Source: an uncultured Planctomycetaceae bacterium
Lineage (GTDB): Bacteria; Planctomycetota; Planctomycetia; Planctomycetales; Planctomycetaceae
Length of the DNA: 64,000 nucleotides
Direction: 5' to 3'
Assembly: GCA_963976765.1 (NCBI GenBank)
Contig: CAXBME010000014.1
Location: forward strand, 1 to 64,000
Both the position numbers and the translations under genes were made by a program. Under the pieces are notes generated by a model. That model saw nothing but the letters and a program-made list of their open reading frames with translations. It made no database searches and was not told where the DNA came from. This document shows, piece by piece, positions 18,672-28,156 of this stretch (position 1 is the stretch's first letter; each line of letters opens with the position of its first letter).

Positions 18672-20303
18672 TTGACAAGACTCATCGACAATCTGACCGA
18701 CTCCTTGACGAACGAAAAGCGGGAGGGCCGTTCCTGGTGGACGGCTTCGCGTGGCGTGAGCGGGCCGTTACAAACTTTTTCCGCTAAGGCCAGGTCTTAC
18801 GGTGTCGGGGCGGTCATTCTCACAATTGCTGCTGCCATCCGACTCTATCGTCTTGGGGATGTGGATCCATGGATCGATGAAGGCTTCTGCCTTCGCATGA
18901 CAGAATTCAGTTACTTCGACATTTGGGACAAAACGGCTCAAGACACTCACCCGCCTCTTTATTTCTGGCTCTTGAAGTTGTGGCAAAGTATCTTTGGCGA
19001 ATCAATCGAATCAGCTCGGCTCATGAGCGTTGTGCTTGGGACACTGACAGTTCTGTTCTCATGGCTGTTTGCACGAGAACTTACGGCGACAGAGGAAGCA
19101 AGACGTGATTCCAACGCATGGCTTGCGGCGACGATTATCGCCCTCAGTCCAATGCACATTCACTGGGCCAGTCAGGTCCGAATGTATGTTCTGCTGACGA
19201 CGTTGTCGGCGGCGGCAGCGTGGCTGCTAGTCCGTGTTCTGAAGCAGTCTGAATGTTGTTATGGCATTTGGCTCCTGTTCGCGTTCCTTGCCAGCTCGCT
19301 TGTTTACACACACGTCTATGGCATTTTCACGGTTGCTGCGCTGTACGGTTACACAGCAGGGTTTCTCATCGTTCATCGGCTGGCCCGTAATCACCTCTGG
19401 CCGTGCATTGTGTCAATGTTTGCGGTTTATCAGGTGTGCTCCCCGTGGTTACTCGTCTTATTGGAGCAACAGAGTCGAGTCCGGGAGTCTTTCTGGATTC
19501 AACCGTTGACCTGGGAGTCGCTCGGCAAGGCCGTTTTTGATCAGTTTTACCCGACGTCAAGCGTTTCGGATGCATTCCCTGCGGCGTTCAAGGTGGCTGA
19601 GTCGGCCCTGATCGGTCAATGCCTGCTTCAGCTCATCGTGATCCTGTTGCTTGGGCTTTGCCTGTCACGCCGCCGGTTTGACGGGCTATTGATCTGCCTG
19701 ATATCGATACCAATGGCAATTTCGGTTGGCCTGTCTATTGCGATGAGAAATATCATCCTTGGCCGCTATCTTATCGCCGTTGGACTTTTTGTCCTGGTGT
19801 CCATTGCACTCGTTATTGCTCGCATTCCGAACAGGCATTTTCGAACGGCGACCGGTGTGTTCTTCGTGGCGGTCACAGTATTACTGTCGTCAGCTCACAT
19901 TTACGCACGCAAAGCTGCCGCTGATTCTCCAGCACTGTCCGTCGCGGTCCGCGAGTATGAGAAACTGCGAAATAAAGATGAACCGATCGTAGTGGCTGAC
20001 CCTGTTCTATTTCTAAGCGTTCGACCGTTAGCCAATCGGCCTGATAGCCTTCGTGCCTTCGGTAGCTTGGGTCAACATCCATTCTACCTCGGAACAGCTG
20101 TGATGAGCGACTTGGATTTCATTGACTCTTCTGGCGTTGACGCCCTGCCACGGGATTGGGTTTGGACGTTGGCGAGTATTAAGGGCGGTCGCCGAAGGCA
20201 CGTTCAGCTAAGTTCGAATTGGCAGTTACAAGCGGAAAAAACATTCACGAAGCCTAATGAAAAGTTGATTCTTAGATTGTTTAGACGCCGGAATGGTACC
20301 TAG
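18672..20303 (+). CDS. GT-C fold glycosyltransferase (PMT_2/GT39-like)
   Basis: WIDEG, DTHPPLYF, QVRMY; many TMs. Confidence 0.88.
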   Translation: MTRLIDNLTDSLTNEKREGRSWWTASRGVSGPLQTFSAKARSYGVGAVILTIAAAIRLYRLGDVDPWIDEGFCLRMTEFSYFDIWDKTAQDTHPPLYFWLLKLWQSIFGESIESARLMSVVLGTLTVLFSWLFARELTATEEARRDSNAWLAATIIALSPMHIHWASQVRMYVLLTTLSAAAAWLLVRVLKQSECCYGIWLLFAFLASSLVYTHVYGIFTVAALYGYTAGFLIVHRLARNHLWPCIVSMFAVYQVCSPWLLVLLEQQSRVRESFWIQPLTWESLGKAVFDQFYPTSSVSDAFPAAFKVAESALIGQCLLQLIVILLLGLCLSRRRFDGLLICLISIPMAISVGLSIAMRNIILGRYLIAVGLFVLVSIALVIARIPNRHFRTATGVFFVAVTVLLSSAHIYARKAAADSPALSVAVREYEKLRNKDEPIVVADPVLFLSVRPLANRPDSLRAFGSLGQHPFYLGTAVMSDLDFIDSSGVDALPRDWVWTLASIKGGRRRHVQLSSNWQLQAEKTFTKPNEKLILRLFRRRNGT

Positions 20304-20306
20304 TTG

Positions 20307-22904
20307 ATGACTTCGCATAACACATTTCGATCCATGCTCAGCTTGATGTTCATTCTGTTGACTGTGGTCGCCGGCCGTCAGAATGCCGTTGCTCAGGTTT
20401 CAAACAAAGTGGCCGTCTCAGAGGCTGCTTCCTCATTCAAGGGTCTTGACGTTGATGGTGATGGTTTATTGAGTTCAGTTGAGTATGTGAGTGGGAATCG
20501 GAAGGTTGGTAAGCGTCGTGGTCGTGACTTTGCATTTGGGGATCAGAATGGTGATGGGGCTCTGAGTTTTGAGGAATACCTGGCTCTTCCGTCTGTAGTG
20601 CCGATGAATCAGCGAGGGGCGCTTGTTGACCAGCTGGCTGAGGAAGTGGCTTCGATCCGTGCTGGTCTGGCCGAGGCCTGGTCCGAGTGGGATGGGAACG
20701 GAGATAAGGTTCTTGATCAGAACGAGTTCGCGGCTGCCAGTCTCAACAAACATCCGGGAGTTCCGGCGGGGTTGGAGTTCGCTCATTGGGATCGCGACGG
20801 GAACTCGCAGGTCAGTCTGGCTGAAGCCGATCTGCTGCTTGATGTGTCTTACGGACTCCGTCGCCCTGAAGGTGAGTCAATCCGCCTGCCGTCGGGCGTG
20901 TTTATCCGCTGGAACCGATTCCAGAGATTTGACTGCGGAACAAAGCCGCCGACCGCACCGGATGGACGCATCAGTCGTGAAGAGTTCCTGTACCATCGCA
21001 ACAGCGATCAGTCGGAAGACGCTCAGGGTGCCGTCTTTGATCAACTGGACGGGAACAGCGATGGCGTATTGACGTTCACCGAGTGGTCAGATTTCTCGAC
21101 GCTTCCGGCTTATCAATCGCGGTTCGTTGATACCAGTGAGTGGTTCCTGCAGTCGGACCGTGATTACGACGGCAAACTCAGCCGGGCAGAGCTGATCCGG
21201 GGCACGGAGTCCTGGGATCAGTTTCTGGTGCAGGATGTGTTTCCCGGCTTTGATCAGGATGGGGACGGATTGCTGTCGTTTGCCGAATTCCGGGACACGC
21301 CGGCGGTGAATCAGGTCTACGAGTGGCGAACGCCACTGCGGGACCGAGACCAGGACGGATATATCAGCCTGGATGAATTTCGGCGTGGCGAACCGCTGCC
21401 GATGCTCACCAGTGTCTTCCAGAAGTATTTTCAGCGTTACGACGTCAACGAAGATGGTCTACTGGATCTGTCCGAGATGCCGTTTGAGACATCGGCCCGC
21501 GATCCCGAGGCGGAATACCGGCGGCTGACCCGGGTCATTGATAATGATCCCGAGACACTGACTCTGGAAGAATATCTTCGGATCCGCCGGGACACCGAAG
21601 CGGCGACACGGGACTTCCGGGTGTTCGATCAGGATGCCAGCGGCAGTCTCTCCTTCGCGGAATACAACGCGATCCCCGAACATAATCCCCCAACGATCCG
21701 CCGTACTCATAAAGATCCGGTGACCAACCTGGTTCAATCTCGCTTCGAAAGTCTTCTGGAGCAATGGCTCGACTGGGATGCCAATGGCAACGATCAGCTG
21801 GATCAGTCCGAATGGAGTAAATCGCAACCAGGTCGCCAACTGGACGGTCTGGAACTGACGACGTTTGCAGACTGGGACCAGAATGCGGACGGCAGTATCT
21901 CTCGTCCCGAAGGGCAGCGCCTGCTGGAAGTAGCCTTCGGTGTGACGACGATCCGCGGCGAACCACTGCGTGAGCCTTCTGGAGTGGTATACGACCTTGG
22001 AGAATTCGAACGCCGTGATCAAGACGACAACGGATTGATTTCGCTTGAAGAACAGTTGAAGCGTTACGGCTCTAATACGGCTCGTGCCCGCGAAGAGTTC
22101 ACGAAGCTGGATCAGGACACCAATGGCCAGGTGAACTTTGCCGAATGGTCGACTGTCAGAGATTTCCAGGTCGATCCAGTGCGAGCGTTTCTGACATCAG
22201 ACCAGAACCTCGACGGCCTGCTGGACGAAGCAGAAATAGTGAGTCGGTTGCCGTCATACAAACGGCTGTTCGGGGCTGCCGTGCTTCCAGCATTTGATGC
22301 CGACAACGACAAGCACCTGAATCTAACAGAGTACCTGCTCAGCCCTCTGGCCAATCCGTTCTGCCGCTGGTGGGAACGCCGCAAAGACACCACCAACGAT
22401 GGCGTGCTCTCCCCCACAGAATTTCACTGGAACCAAACCTACGCCCAGGCAGGACTCACACGCTTCTACTTCCACCAATTCGACAAAAATAAGGACACTG
22501 CAATCAGCAGAAATGAATTGCCCTTTAGTGTTACTCATCGCCGTCTTTCAACCGAGGCTCTTTTTTCTTATCTGGACAGGGACGAAAGCGGTAGTCTATC
22601 TCTCGATGAGATTGTGGTTGAACTCTGGCGGGGAAAAGGGACGACGATTGCCAAGGTTGAAGATTCTTTTTCCCAAGCAGACAGCAACACGGATACGTTC
22701 CTGTCAATGCAGGAATTTCGATCACCTGCTGGCAATTTGACAGTGTATCCGGAAAGACGGATGAAGAACTCGGGCTCCGAAAAGTTCTGGCTGCGTCCAG
22801 ACCGTGCGTCCACGCCTGGTTCATTCGGACGACAATGGATCATTGTGGCGATCAATGTCGTAGTCGTTTTCTGTATCCTGTTTTATACATGGAGGCGTCG
22901 ATGA
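20307..22904 (+). CDS. Large exported multi-EF-hand protein with C-terminal anchor
   Basis: Signal peptide; about 20 DxD/NxDG..LS..E loops; C-terminal TM followed by RRR. Confidence 0.88.
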   Translation: MTSHNTFRSMLSLMFILLTVVAGRQNAVAQVSNKVAVSEAASSFKGLDVDGDGLLSSVEYVSGNRKVGKRRGRDFAFGDQNGDGALSFEEYLALPSVVPMNQRGALVDQLAEEVASIRAGLAEAWSEWDGNGDKVLDQNEFAAASLNKHPGVPAGLEFAHWDRDGNSQVSLAEADLLLDVSYGLRRPEGESIRLPSGVFIRWNRFQRFDCGTKPPTAPDGRISREEFLYHRNSDQSEDAQGAVFDQLDGNSDGVLTFTEWSDFSTLPAYQSRFVDTSEWFLQSDRDYDGKLSRAELIRGTESWDQFLVQDVFPGFDQDGDGLLSFAEFRDTPAVNQVYEWRTPLRDRDQDGYISLDEFRRGEPLPMLTSVFQKYFQRYDVNEDGLLDLSEMPFETSARDPEAEYRRLTRVIDNDPETLTLEEYLRIRRDTEAATRDFRVFDQDASGSLSFAEYNAIPEHNPPTIRRTHKDPVTNLVQSRFESLLEQWLDWDANGNDQLDQSEWSKSQPGRQLDGLELTTFADWDQNADGSISRPEGQRLLEVAFGVTTIRGEPLREPSGVVYDLGEFERRDQDDNGLISLEEQLKRYGSNTARAREEFTKLDQDTNGQVNFAEWSTVRDFQVDPVRAFLTSDQNLDGLLDEAEIVSRLPSYKRLFGAAVLPAFDADNDKHLNLTEYLLSPLANPFCRWWERRKDTTNDGVLSPTEFHWNQTYAQAGLTRFYFHQFDKNKDTAISRNELPFSVTHRRLSTEALFSYLDRDESGSLSLDEIVVELWRGKGTTIAKVEDSFSQADSNTDTFLSMQEFRSPAGNLTVYPERRMKNSGSEKFWLRPDRASTPGSFGRQWIIVAINVVVVFCILFYTWRRR

Positions 22905-24859
22905 CCCCTCATGAAAAGGTGAAGCACGGCGCGGTGGTACTTGCCAGAAGAGCACGAATTCAGCGACATGGTCTTTCGCGAGTGGAGCTGGTTGTCGCTG
23001 TTGCCGTACTCATCGTTCTTGCTGCTATTGCCATTCCAGCAGTTCTCAGCTCACGTGAATCTGCCCGGCTGCAGGGCTGCCAGGACAACTTAAGGGCTAT
23101 TGGAACGGCTTTATCTTCCTATCACGACACCCACCAAAGTTTGCCACCCGCAGCAATCTGGTCAACCGAGAACACTTACTCGATTACACTTTACGCCAGC
23201 AAACGGCATGACCGGTTTGCAATGTCAAACTGGAGCCAGATGGTCATACCGTTTACTAGTGAGTCGGACCTCGCTCGCCTGATCAATTGGGATAGAGTTA
23301 CAGCATCGGAAGAAAATCGTGCAATTCGAACTATTCGACGGGCTTCCATGGCCTGTGCGTCAGATGAATTCAATGTGCTCGGCAACTTCTACAGCTTTGA
23401 TTCTGGTTCTGCTGATCCTATTGAGTACGCACGGGGAAACTACGCGATTAACGGAGGATCACAATGTCAACGATGGGGCGATGGCTCCACTGCAGATCCT
23501 CTCGCAGAATCGAGCCAAGTGGAAATCGACCCTCAAGGGAGAACATATAGGGCGTGGGGTAATGGTGTTGCTGGATTCAACCGTGCCTTTTCATATAACG
23601 ATTTCACCAATGGCCTTTCGACACTTGTTATCGTCGACGAGGTTCGTGCGGGAATCCACCCCAGTGACATGCGCGGAACATGGGCTCTCGGGCATGTTGG
23701 GGCCAGTGTGACATGGGGACACGGTGCAAACAGCGATGACTTCGGACCGAACCAGACGTGGGGGCTTTCAGATGACATACAAGACTGTGGCAAGTTGCAC
23801 GAAATTGTGGGGACGGAAAAGCTTAGTAGTTTAGGAATGCCATGTGTTTCATATCTCGACACATCGCGGCAGGCGACAGCTCGGAGTAGGCATGCTGATG
23901 GTGCGAATGTTTTATTTGGGGATGGAAGTGCGTGTTTGATTAAAAACGCCATTGACCCGGGTGTATGGCATGCCATTCATTCCCGTGAGACGCCGAGCGA
24001 AATGCTTAGCGGCGAGTTTGACTCGCTACTGCAACTGGAAGAGTTCCCTGAGTCCGAAAAAGAGTCACCGCAGACTTCTCGTGACCGGGCTGCCGCTCCC
24101 GAGGCGGTTGTAAACTCTATTGGAATTCGACTCGTTCACATCCCTGCCGGTGAGTTTCTGATGGGGCAATGCGATGACGGCAATGATGAGTTCCCCCCGG
24201 AGTGCCCACCTCATAAGGTTAGACTGTCTGAGGGCTTCTACCTGTCAGCATTTGAGATTTCTCAAGCTCAATTTGAAACAGTGTCCGGGCACAATCCAAG
24301 CTGGCATGTCGCATCAAACTCCAAACTGAGTGATAAAATAGACACAAGCCTCGGCACTGCTGATTACCCAGTAGAGCAGGTAACATGGACGGAAGCGCAT
24401 GAGTTCTGCGAGAGACTAACTGCACTGCCTGAAGAAGTGAAAGCGAAGCGGCGGTATCGTCTCCCTACTGAGGCAGAGTGGGAGTATGCCTGCCGAGGAG
24501 GCAGTTCCCAGCCTTACGAGTGGCGTCGGAGAAGGAGGGCTGATGACCGTAGTGGAGAAGCAGCCGGAATCCTGCCACCGCTTCCTGTGAAACCGGTGGG
24601 CAGCTATCCGCAAAATCGATTCGGGCTCTACGACATGCGGGGCAACGTCTGGGAGTGGTGCGCGGATTGGTTTGATCGAGATTACTACTCACGATCGCCA
24701 AACACTGATCCGCAAGGCCCGTCAGGCGGTTTTCTTAAAGTCATACGTGGTGGCGACTGGACGTTTGTTGGCAGGGGATGCAAGCTCAGCTATCCAATGA
24801 CTCCTCCATGGAAGTCGAGTCGCTATGTAGGGTTTCGTGTTGTCTGTGAGTTCCAGTAG
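22901..24859 (+). CDS. DUF1559 prepilin fused to an FGE-sulfatase (SUMF1-like) domain
   Basis: GLSRVELVV, CQDNLRAIG, HADGANVLFGDG; then RLPTEAEWEYACR, GLYDMRGNVWEW, RGGDW, GFRVV; ATGA overlap with the upstream gene. Confidence 0.9.
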   Translation: MTPHEKVKHGAVVLARRARIQRHGLSRVELVVAVAVLIVLAAIAIPAVLSSRESARLQGCQDNLRAIGTALSSYHDTHQSLPPAAIWSTENTYSITLYASKRHDRFAMSNWSQMVIPFTSESDLARLINWDRVTASEENRAIRTIRRASMACASDEFNVLGNFYSFDSGSADPIEYARGNYAINGGSQCQRWGDGSTADPLAESSQVEIDPQGRTYRAWGNGVAGFNRAFSYNDFTNGLSTLVIVDEVRAGIHPSDMRGTWALGHVGASVTWGHGANSDDFGPNQTWGLSDDIQDCGKLHEIVGTEKLSSLGMPCVSYLDTSRQATARSRHADGANVLFGDGSACLIKNAIDPGVWHAIHSRETPSEMLSGEFDSLLQLEEFPESEKESPQTSRDRAAAPEAVVNSIGIRLVHIPAGEFLMGQCDDGNDEFPPECPPHKVRLSEGFYLSAFEISQAQFETVSGHNPSWHVASNSKLSDKIDTSLGTADYPVEQVTWTEAHEFCERLTALPEEVKAKRRYRLPTEAEWEYACRGGSSQPYEWRRRRRADDRSGEAAGILPPLPVKPVGSYPQNRFGLYDMRGNVWEWCADWFDRDYYSRSPNTDPQGPSGGFLKVIRGGDWTFVGRGCKLSYPMTPPWKSSRYVGFRVVCEFQ

Positions 24860-25483
24860 AAGCAAAGCCAATTGCTAACGAATAATGGCTGCTTACAGGA
24901 CTGTGATGAACGATTTTTCCCCTTGCGATGGTTCGATTGTAGGTGTGATCAACTTGATTCATCGCCGAGTTTCTTCCTGCACTCGGTTTGGGCGCGACCG
25001 GGTGTAAACGGGGGGAGCAGCGTGAGGTTTCAGACGACTTCGATGTTAGGATTTGATCTGAATCGGGCTGTTGGATTTGTGGAGAATCCGCCGCTCAGCG
25101 TCGCGGCTGTTCGACTCGATCTGTGTGCGGGTCGCGGGCTCTCGGGCGGGTGCCAAACTGTGGTCGTTCCCTGCTCGGGACAACCGGATTGGAGTTTTCA
25201 AACGTTCCGGTATTGTGTGAAAGAGCGACTGCATTCCCTTTGAGGACTCAAAGGGAACGGAGTCGCCAATTCGGACAAACACCGTGAAAACCGCAGTGAA
25301 ACGGTCATTTTCAGATGTTGTATCGGGCGTCAGGGCTTTCGTAATCGTTCCGACTCTGATCAGAGGCACGCCTGTCTGAACAATTCCGGCTGCCAGTTCC
25401 CACATGCGGCGTGAAAAATACAGGAACCGACGGCATGATAGTGATCAAAAGATTCACATGTCCGCCATCGATGATCACCGGAG

Positions 25484-27025
25484 TTGTCTGTGGAGCTGGA
25501 GAGACTCAGCTCGTTCTTTGCTAACAGTCCAGCCGCAAAGCTGTTGCGGTCACCTCAGGCTGCGCATGTCGTCTACTTTCTGAACTCGCATTTCAAAGCC
25601 GGTGGGGCGATCACGATCTCCCACACCAGTCTGCTGCAGAGGGTGAGTGAATTTCAGGAAACAATTCATGTCATGGAGCCGGAGACACTCGGTGACAAAG
25701 CCGAGACCTACGTCACCAAATGGTCAACGGGAGACACTCGGTGGTTGCGGCGGTTTCATGACGCAGAGCATTCGGAACCGGTCTACGAGCTGACACCGCA
25801 TACTGAAGACGTGCTCAAGTTCCTGACCGAAGTGCTGGAACGCAACCTTGGATTCGTCGGGACCGAGTCACGGCTCCAGCGGATTATCGACACGCTGTCC
25901 GATATCGTCGTCAGAGGCTCAGCCGACCCGGCGAGACGGTTGGAGCATCTACGATCCGAGCGAGAACGGATCGATGAGGAAATCGCGGCGATCGAATCCG
26001 GAAAAGCGGTAGAGACCTACAGCCCGACGGCAATTCGAGAAAGATTTGGCGACGTTGTTTCGGACCTTGGCTCACTGCAGGGTGACTTTCGGTCTGTCGA
26101 AGACGCATTCCGTGACATCACTCGTGCCGTGCAGAAGCGGCAGTCCGAAACGGACGGGACTCGCGGTGAAATTCTCGGCTTCGCTCTTGATGCCGAGGAC
26201 ACGCTGAAATCCCAGGATCAGGGGATCAGCTTCGACGCGTTCGTCCGTCTCCTGCTGTCGCCCAAAAAGCAGGATGAGCTGGAGACGATTGTGCATCAGC
26301 TTAATGAAATCGACATTCTCTCGGATCAGGTCGACGGTCTGCGGAGAATCCGCGGGATGATGGGCAGTCTGTCGGAAGAAGCGGAGAAGGTACTGCGAAC
26401 GACGCGACGGCTGAGTTCAACACTTAGAAGACTGCTCGACTCGCGCGCCAGAGCAGGCCGCGCGCGACTGGCAACCGTCTTGCGTGAGATTCGCGGTGCA
26501 GCGACACGACTGGCCGAGCGTCCGGATATCGAAATCGCCGGAATCGATATCTACACACAGCTCGATTTGATGAATGTCGGCGAACGATCTTTCTGGTCCT
26601 CGCCGTCGCGGTTTTCGGAATCTGAGTTGAAGACTCATCAGCCAGACGAGGATGAGCGACTTGCCATCTTCAGGGGTCAGGCGGCTATGCGGCGGCTTGA
26701 TTGGGCAGGCATGCGTTCCAGAATCGTCGAGACTCTGGATGATGACCGGGAGTCGATCACACTGCCGGAGCTACTGGACTTCTACCCGCCAGCAGCTGGC
26801 ACAATCGAAGTTCTGGGTTACGTGCAGATCGCCCACGATGACGGTCATGACGTGGACGAATCGGCAACCGATGTGATTCAGCTTCCGGATCGTTCCAGTA
26901 CTGACAGTGCTTATGGGTACGCCAGCGACGAATCGGAGACCTGGGAAGTACCGCATGTCACGTTTCTATCTGAAGAGCGACGACAATTCCGCGACGGCCT
27001 GCAGGTGGGAGAGTCGTTAACATGA
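25484..27025 (+). CDS. jetA: Wadjet JetA (DUF3375 family)
   Basis: AAKLLRS, WLRRF...YELT, FVGTESRL, DQGISFDAF; first gene of a jetABCD layout. Confidence 0.85.
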   Translation: MSVELERLSSFFANSPAAKLLRSPQAAHVVYFLNSHFKAGGAITISHTSLLQRVSEFQETIHVMEPETLGDKAETYVTKWSTGDTRWLRRFHDAEHSEPVYELTPHTEDVLKFLTEVLERNLGFVGTESRLQRIIDTLSDIVVRGSADPARRLEHLRSERERIDEEIAAIESGKAVETYSPTAIRERFGDVVSDLGSLQGDFRSVEDAFRDITRAVQKRQSETDGTRGEILGFALDAEDTLKSQDQGISFDAFVRLLLSPKKQDELETIVHQLNEIDILSDQVDGLRRIRGMMGSLSEEAEKVLRTTRRLSSTLRRLLDSRARAGRARLATVLREIRGAATRLAERPDIEIAGIDIYTQLDLMNVGERSFWSSPSRFSESELKTHQPDEDERLAIFRGQAAMRRLDWAGMRSRIVETLDDDRESITLPELLDFYPPAAGTIEVLGYVQIAHDDGHDVDESATDVIQLPDRSSTDSAYGYASDESETWEVPHVTFLSEERRQFRDGLQVGESLT

Positions 27026-27660
27026 CTGACCTTGAATTTCCTGAGTTCGACGAAATGGGCATCGCTGCCGTCCGGCTGCTGCAGGGCGTGGTCTACGAGG
27101 ATGACGAGGCGGCATGGGACGTTCTACTGTCGAATGAATCCCGACTGGAAACCTGGTTCGCGAAGATCGGTCTCGCGCTGATCGTCGACCGCAGCGAGGG
27201 GTTTGCGTATCTCAAGCAACTGGGCGACGACGACCGCAGCGAAGGTTACGAACGACTGCCTCGGCTGTTTCGTAAGACTCCTTTAACGTACGCAGCGACT
27301 TTGTTGTGCGTCCTGTTGCGTGATGAGTATCGGCAGTACGAAGACGAAGACGTTGATAACAACATCTGTGTCGTTGAGACCGCGGCTCTGCTGGATGTCT
27401 GGAAGCCGTTCTTTCCGGGAGAGTCGGATGAAGTGAAGTTGCGACGCAACCTGCTTGCCGAGCTGAACAAGCTGGAGAAGCTGAAGTTCGTTCGCAAGCT
27501 GGGCAGCGACGCGGCCACGTGGGAAGTACGAAAACTACTCAAGGCAAGACTGCCCTTGCAGGAACTTGAAGAGCTGAAGGATCGCATAATGGAAGCCGCA
27601 AGGACTGCAAAAGTCACTGGCGGCGTACCGGCACACGTTGCGTTGTCGCGTTCAGTATGA
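27022..27660 (+). CDS. jetB: Wadjet JetB (DUF4194 family)
   Basis: VRLLQGVVY, IGLALIVDRSEGFAYLKQ, PLTYAATLLCVLLR; ATGA overlap with jetA. Confidence 0.87.
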   Translation: MTDLEFPEFDEMGIAAVRLLQGVVYEDDEAAWDVLLSNESRLETWFAKIGLALIVDRSEGFAYLKQLGDDDRSEGYERLPRLFRKTPLTYAATLLCVLLRDEYRQYEDEDVDNNICVVETAALLDVWKPFFPGESDEVKLRRNLLAELNKLEKLKFVRKLGSDAATWEVRKLLKARLPLQELEELKDRIMEAARTAKVTGGVPAHVALSRSV

Positions 27661-28063
27661 CATCAGTCGGTTTGTAGCCCTCAAACGGCTGATTCAGCCA
27701 ACGAGTGATAACGCTGTGTTCCTCAACGATTTCGCGGTCAACGCACGGTGCCAGCCCAGATTTTAACCGTTCGCTCCAACATCCAGATTGACACTTGCCA
27801 TCTTCAATCTTGCGTATGGCTTCCGTGATCCGTTTCTCATCTTTAACTCGCTTCTCCCCGAGTTCCTTCCTTAATGCAGCTCCGTAGTGATTGAGCTCCG
27901 TTTTCTGACGAGTCGGGTGACAGATGGCACAACTAATTTTCTTCTTTGCCAGCTCCGGATACACCTTCTTGAAAGTAGAGAAGTATGGTGGTCGAGACTC
28001 GACTTGCGGGCCATACAAGATCAAAAGTGCTAAGAATGTGAAACAGCAGAGTTTTCTCTGCAT
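27614..28063 (-). CDS. Small exported c-type cytochrome-like protein
   Basis: Signal peptide; single CxxCH (CAICH) followed by LNHYGAAL. Confidence 0.7.
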   Translation of the reverse strand: MQRKLCCFTFLALLILYGPQVESRPPYFSTFKKVYPELAKKKISCAICHPTRQKTELNHYGAALRKELGEKRVKDEKRITEAIRKIEDGKCQSGCWSERLKSGLAPCVDREIVEEHSVITRWLNQPFEGYKPTDVILNATTQRVPVRRQ

Positions 28064-28156
28064 GACTTTTTCCAATCCAACAAAAGAGGTATTACTTTCG
28101 TCCCGCTCAGCTTTGCAGCTAAGGCGTCGGAGTAGGCTCAGTCACACTGATACGGA

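Noticed and set aside
24600..24859. FGE-fold C-terminus as a diversity-generating retroelement target
   Set aside because: No reverse transcriptase and no template-repeat copy seen in the window.
24872..25405. Short ORFs and a hairpin between the pilin operon and jetA as a mobile-element remnant
   Set aside because: No transposase motif or paired terminal repeats found.
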